Source: Oopsacas minuta
Lineage: Eukaryota > Animalia > Porifera
Reading direction: 5' to 3'
NCBI GenBank assembly: GCA_024704765.1
Contig: JAKMXF010000110.1
Location: 682,001-746,000 of the forward strand
DNA: 64,000 nt
The number at the start of each line of letters is the position of its first letter. Positions within the stretch are counted from its first letter, which is position 1. The notes under the pieces are model-generated. The model had not been told where the DNA came from, ran no database searches, and saw only the letters and a list, made by a program, of their open reading frames with translations. The position numbers were made by a program, and so were the translations under genes. Below, one piece after another: positions 58,910 to 64,000 of this stretch.

Positions 58910-61900
58910 ATGAGTCTAACAGATAGCAGTACAGAACTATCTCATGGTTACATGGACCAATTGAGACTACCTATGCTCACTATACCCTCCAAACAAGGTG
59001 TTAGTATCGACCTAACGAGCTCATTGGCTGAGCTCATACGGACAGAATTTGGAGAAGACCCCACCAATTTTAGACAGGAGGTTAGAGAGTTTAATCACCT
59101 GAGGGAGTCAGCTGTTCGACCCTCAAGGGACAATAATGGTACCTCAGATATAAGGAGGTACTACGCACAATTGTGTCTGCTCCCTACTAGATTCTCAGCT
59201 ACAAGATCGAATATGCAGGTTAATCATATTTTCACACCTTTTATTGATATTTATGTGTTACAATTGATTGAGCCAAATTGAAATGTGATTTTGGGTGTAT
59301 TTATTGTCGTGAATACAGGATTCCTGAGGGAGGGGGTGTGTCTACAACACCTGTCTGGTAAGTATGCGTGCAAGGCTCGACAAACCTATTTGAATGAATC
59401 TGTTAGAATATCAATTCCTAACCTTTTTCCTCGGTGGACACCTCCCCTAGATTGTGACACTAATTAGCACACTAAGTCACTGTATTTACAATGTTTAGAC
59501 GTGAAATGTGTGAAATATTCCACTATAACACCTCACTTGTTTATTATTATTTCCTTAAACAGGTGACTTTCATTTGGTCAGATGCTTTTACAGAGAAGGA
59601 ATCAGCCAATATTTTACTCTTCTCTGAGACTTCTGCTATTCTCTTCAATCTAGGCGCGCTACACTCCAGGTACTATAAATAGATTTCTTATATTTTTATT
59701 TATTTCTCTAATATAAGAAGTATTCTAGAATTATTTTGGATTGCTTCGGGAGACTCTCCTTAATAGTGTCACATTGGACCATGCATTTGGTCCGATTAAC
59801 CTGTGACTCAACCTTAATCATAATTCACTTAAAATGACTTTTATTTCATTTTCAAATACACTACGTAGCGAATTAAAATCTAATTTTAGTATTTGTGCAA
59901 ATATGATAGAACAAGGGCATTGGAAGGTGTTAAGTGGCGGTTGGACCAATTGCTTGATATATTGTAAAGTGTTTTACTTAGTGCCTCTAATTATAGTGTT
60001 GCTAAGCTGCCTGCACAGATTGTATTTATTGCTAGCTAATCAGCTGATAATATAACTTAATGAATACTTATAGATTAGGATCAGATCTTCCAGATGAACT
60101 TAGATCAGCTTGTACTCATTTCCAATGCTCTGCAGGAGCCTTCTACTTGCTGCAGACATCTCTCGCATTTCAAATCGCTACTGCTAATAATCAGGTATGA
60201 ATATGATGTAATATATCTGGGACAGGGCTGTTGGAACCCTGGAGGATGTTATGCATAGTGCTACACCTTATTCATTTGTATTTCAAACTGTTACTTTAGG
60301 TAGACATGAGCTCAGAGGTAGTAGCATTCTGTAAGAATTTGATGCTAGCACAGGCTCAAGAGTGCATGGTAGAGAAGAGCTTGTTAGAGAGGAAGAGACC
60401 CAGTCTTGTATCTAAAGTAGCATGGGAGGTTTCTGCTCTGTACCAGAAAGCTATTGACCTATTGGATTCTCAAGTTTGTTTGTTTGTTTGTTTGTTTATT
60501 TGCTTGTACTGTCGACTCCCGTCATATCGAAGCTCAATGGATAGCGCTAATTAATTGTATATAAGATAAGTAACACTTCGTTTTATGTGTTATTCACAGA
60601 TCGGTTCTCAAGTTGCTAAAAAGAACAAAAAACTGGCAGAAATTCTTACAAACTAAACTCCATATCTACCAATGTGTTGCTAACTACTGTCAAGCCCTTT
60701 CTTCAGAAGAAGAATCCAATTACGGACAATCTATTGGGTACCTACATCTGGCAATGGATAACATTCTTGCTGCCAGTAAGGTTGTCAAGGTGCTACAACC
60801 TGTTGTGAAGAATGCTGTCAAATATTTGACTGAATTGGTTCAGGCAAAATCTCAGTCTTCAGTTCAATCCAATCAGCAAGTATACCACCAGCTGGTCAGT
60901 GTTAATAACAAACAAATGGACCACTGATATATGATTAATTTTCACACCTGTAGGTACCACAATATGCAGAACTAGAAGAAATACATGGAGCCCTGTTAGT
61001 GAAGCCGATAGAGTTCTCAATCTCAGATAAATCTGTACTAGGAGAGGACATATTCAGTAAACTAATCCCTATGTCTGTGCTAGAATCTAATTCAATGTAT
61101 TCAGAGGAGAAGGCTAATCTATTGAGAAGTGTTTGTGAGACTATTCAGGATAAAGATAGAGAATTGGGAGAATTCTTATCTAAAGTTAATATTGATGAGG
61201 TAATTAATCTCGAACAGGGTGCCAAACCTTTTCAACGTCCATTGGTGCTAGTTGGGACCCACTCCTTGTAATTATGGCCTGCCCGCTCAAAGTAGTTTAA
61301 ACCGGAAATGAAGGTGGAATTGGGTTTCCAGTATTCTTCCCCAGCAGGATTGCTTTTGCTTTAATCATAATCATTCCATTACAGGTGCTTAACTATACAG
61401 ACAATAAGATACAAATCCCAGCTGATGTGTCTAAAATTAGAACAGAGATATCTAATGAAGAAGGTCGTGTAGAGGGAATGGATGCATTATTGCAGTCTGT
61501 ACTTCAGATGTCTAATCAGATTCATAGGAAATTGGATGAGATAAGTATGTATTTGACAAGAGACTCTCCAGAATCAGCTGATAAGATACTAGATTTCCAG
61601 AATCAAGCTGATAAGATTGATGAATATCTAACTCAAGGTTATTAGATTACTTTATCAACTGTTAAATTGTCCAATTGTACCTCCTTTTGTACATTTTGGG
61701 CTTCAAACCCAACTCAAGCGTGCCAAAATCAGACATATAGTACAGTAAACTCCTGTTATATCGAAGCTTAAGGGACAACTTCTCACTTCAATATAAGCGG
61801 GTATTCAGATATATCTATGTTAGATATAGCCGGAGTTGACTGTAAACCTCTTTTGCCATTTTGTCCACTGATTTTAGGGATAGGAACCCAATTTCTCAGA

Positions 61901-64000
61901 GGTAGTCAGCAAAAATTGGCTACTACCACCTAAGGAAGGGGTAACTATAACTAATGAATGATTTCCATTAGGTGACAAGTCTAATCAGGAGCTTCATCAA
62001 GTTATGAAAGAACTGAAACCTAAGCTATCAATGTTAACTGCTACCGACACTAATTTTACAAATTCTCTTCCAAAGCTAGATTTACTGACGGTAGCATTTG
62101 ATGAAACAGCTGAGAATAGATTACAAATGTTGATGGATAAAATACAGGAAATGCAGACACAACGGTTAGTGATGGTCCATCTTATCCATAACCAATTGAC
62201 CCATCTGACCAGTAGCAGTCATAGAGAGAACGGATACTGGCCCGTTTTTGGTCTCGGCCACAGTCCTTGTCATATAGAGATGGTGTTGCTAATCATATTG
62301 TAAATATATCCATATATAGTTCTACATTGGAACAACAGCTGAGAAGAGACATGGAATCAGATGACATCACTAGTCACCTGATATCTAGTGACAGTAATAG
62401 AGAGAAAATATTTGAAGTCGGAATGAAGAAGCATAAAGATGCTGCAAACGTGATTAGACAGAATTGTCAAGCACAGGATAATATACTCAAGGTTTGTTTG
62501 TTTGACTAGACAGATTGGTCATTTGAATACAGTGGAACCTGCATTAACCGACACTTGTTGAGACAGGTAATTGTGTCGGTTTATGCAGGTTCTACTGTGC
62601 GTATTTCACACCTGATTTATGTAAATATTTGTTTGTATTTACGAGGTTGCTGTATAGGCTATGACAGAGACAAATGCTAGTTTAGCTGCACTCAGAAAGG
62701 AATTGTTAACTGTCCGATCTGATAGAGAGAGTATGTTTAAAGGATTAGTTGAAGCCTGGAAGAGGATGGGGTCTACAGAGGATAGTCTTAAGGATGGTTA
62801 GTAAACAAACAAACAAATACATAAACAAATAAATAAATCCACACTATTTGTTTGCTTTAGGAATGAAGTTTTATCAAAATCTTGACAAAAAGACCCTCAA
62901 ACTATTTGAGACTATTAAATCCATTTTACCTCCACCTCCCATACAGCAGCCAATTAATCCATCTCATACAGCCACTATTCCACCACTTGACACCTATAAA
63001 CCTATTTCTCCATTTATGTCACCACCTGATGGCAGTGCTAGACCACCTGTACCATCAAGACGTCTTAAACCCGCCAATCAAACTGAAGATGTTAATTACG
63101 ATATAGAAGTTGTTGATGATACAGAGTTAAAGCTGTTAAACTGGGCAGCTTCAGAGCAAGTAAACAAACAAGTAAACATTGAGGTAAACAATAGTAGTTA
63201 CGAAATCAAAGTTCATATGTTTAGGCTATGTAAAATGATATACTTGTTTCTTATACCCACCGGATATAAGCACCATCCTCTGGAATACGGTTCTCACATA
63301 TTCCTGTATATTTATACCGGATATAAGAACCATCCTCTGGAATACGGTTCTCACATATTCCTGTATATTTATACCGGATATAAGAACATGTAATGCTACT
63401 CCCCAAGGGTGTTATTAAAATTCCAAACAAGTAATCTATCTTGTATTCATTCTTTAGCCAATTCAACAGATAGCTGTATCACCCTTGAGAGAATCAACAC
63501 ACGAATCATCGAATATTATTATTGCTCAATCGGCTCCTGTTCCTAAAATAGATTCTATTCTACCTTCCCCACCCAAACCAGTGACTGATCATATCATAGC
63601 ACCTGAACCTCAGTTACACATTCCACAGGTTCCTAACCTAGCAACGCCAGTATTTGACACTTCACAATTATCTCAGCTGATCCATTCGAATCAATCAGAG
63701 ACAAATAGGACAATTTCCTCTCTCCAAACTGGTCTCAATCGGATTAACCAATCAGTAGCCGAGTTAGGACTGAATATGACAGCTGTCATTAATCAGAGTA
63801 GCCAATCAAATGCTGCCATTTCTGCTCTAAACCAGGTAATTAGTTCTATTTTTAGTATCAAATTGTTTGTGTTATATATTGACGAATAATTATGTAAATA
63901 TCGGAACTATTCCTTTGTAAAAGGCGCGAAAATATGATTAATCATAAATACAGTTAACTCCTGTTATATTAAACACGGATATATCAAAGTACCCGCTAAT
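58910..64000 (+). CDS. PTPN23: BRO1 plus V-domain ESCRT-associated protein, closest by eye to PTPN23 (HD-PTP); continues off the right edge
   Basis: LRLPML...EFGEDPTNF..EVREFNHLRESAVRPSRDNNG...RRYYAQL resembles the PTPN23 BRO1 start. Also AILFNLGALHS, FQCSAGAF, NLMLAQAQECMVEK, LGEDIFSKLIPM...SMYSEEKANLL, a V-domain coiled coil and a Pro-rich region. The PTP domain is not within the window. Confidence 0.78.
61741..61844. mobile_element. MITE family A, internally deleted copy
   Basis: TACAGTAAACTCCTGTTATATC ... GATATAGCCGGAGTTGACTGTA. Confidence 0.8.
62528..62598. mobile_element. Minimal (about 70 bp) MITE family B hairpin
   Basis: TACAGTGGAACCTGCATTAACCGACAC ... GTGTCGGTTTATGCAGGTTCTACTGT; almost entirely TIR. 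Confidence 0.7.
63252..63388. repeat. 57-bp tandem repeat, about 2.3 copies, probably intronic
   Basis: CCGGATATAAG(C/A)ACCATCCTCTGGAATACGGTTCTCACATATTCCTGTATATTTATA is repeated. Confidence 0.9.

Noticed and set aside
63251-63393. Coding repeat TGYKHHPLEYGSHIFLYIY at the end of ORF 62848-63393
   Set aside because: It follows microsatellite-like intronic sequence and a probable donor near 63100-63170; more likely an intronic 57-bp tandem repeat read through by the ORF.

Overview
AT-rich, compact eukaryotic (animal) DNA with many short GT-AG introns; no operons, CRISPR array, rRNA or tRNA were recognised. Gene content and style suggest an early-branching metazoan such as a sponge (inference only). 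Spliced housekeeping genes, in order: XPO1 (5' end), strawberry notch (SBNO), SND1, ATG3, an unknown coiled-coil gene, a PH-domain adaptor, TMEM9-like (absent from the ORF track, assembled by hand), AEBP2-like, PAH, MON1 and a PTPN23/ALIX-type BRO1 gene (runs off the end). Three opposite-strand genes are nested in introns: a CLAMP-family ciliary gene and an orphan 7TM gene in SBNO, and a TRAF-type zinc-finger gene in SND1. Between about 25 and 37 kb every recognisable gene is intronless: a second orphan 7TM gene, a Slo2/KCNT-like channel core lacking the K+ filter and gating ring, and a head-to-head pair of divergent DHX15/Prp43-like helicases with patchwork identity and different Ser/Pro/His repeat N-termini. 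Introns carry several MITE-like families, (GTTT)n microsatellites and an abundant AGGTGTGAAA motif. All alignments and counts were done by eye; none were computed.
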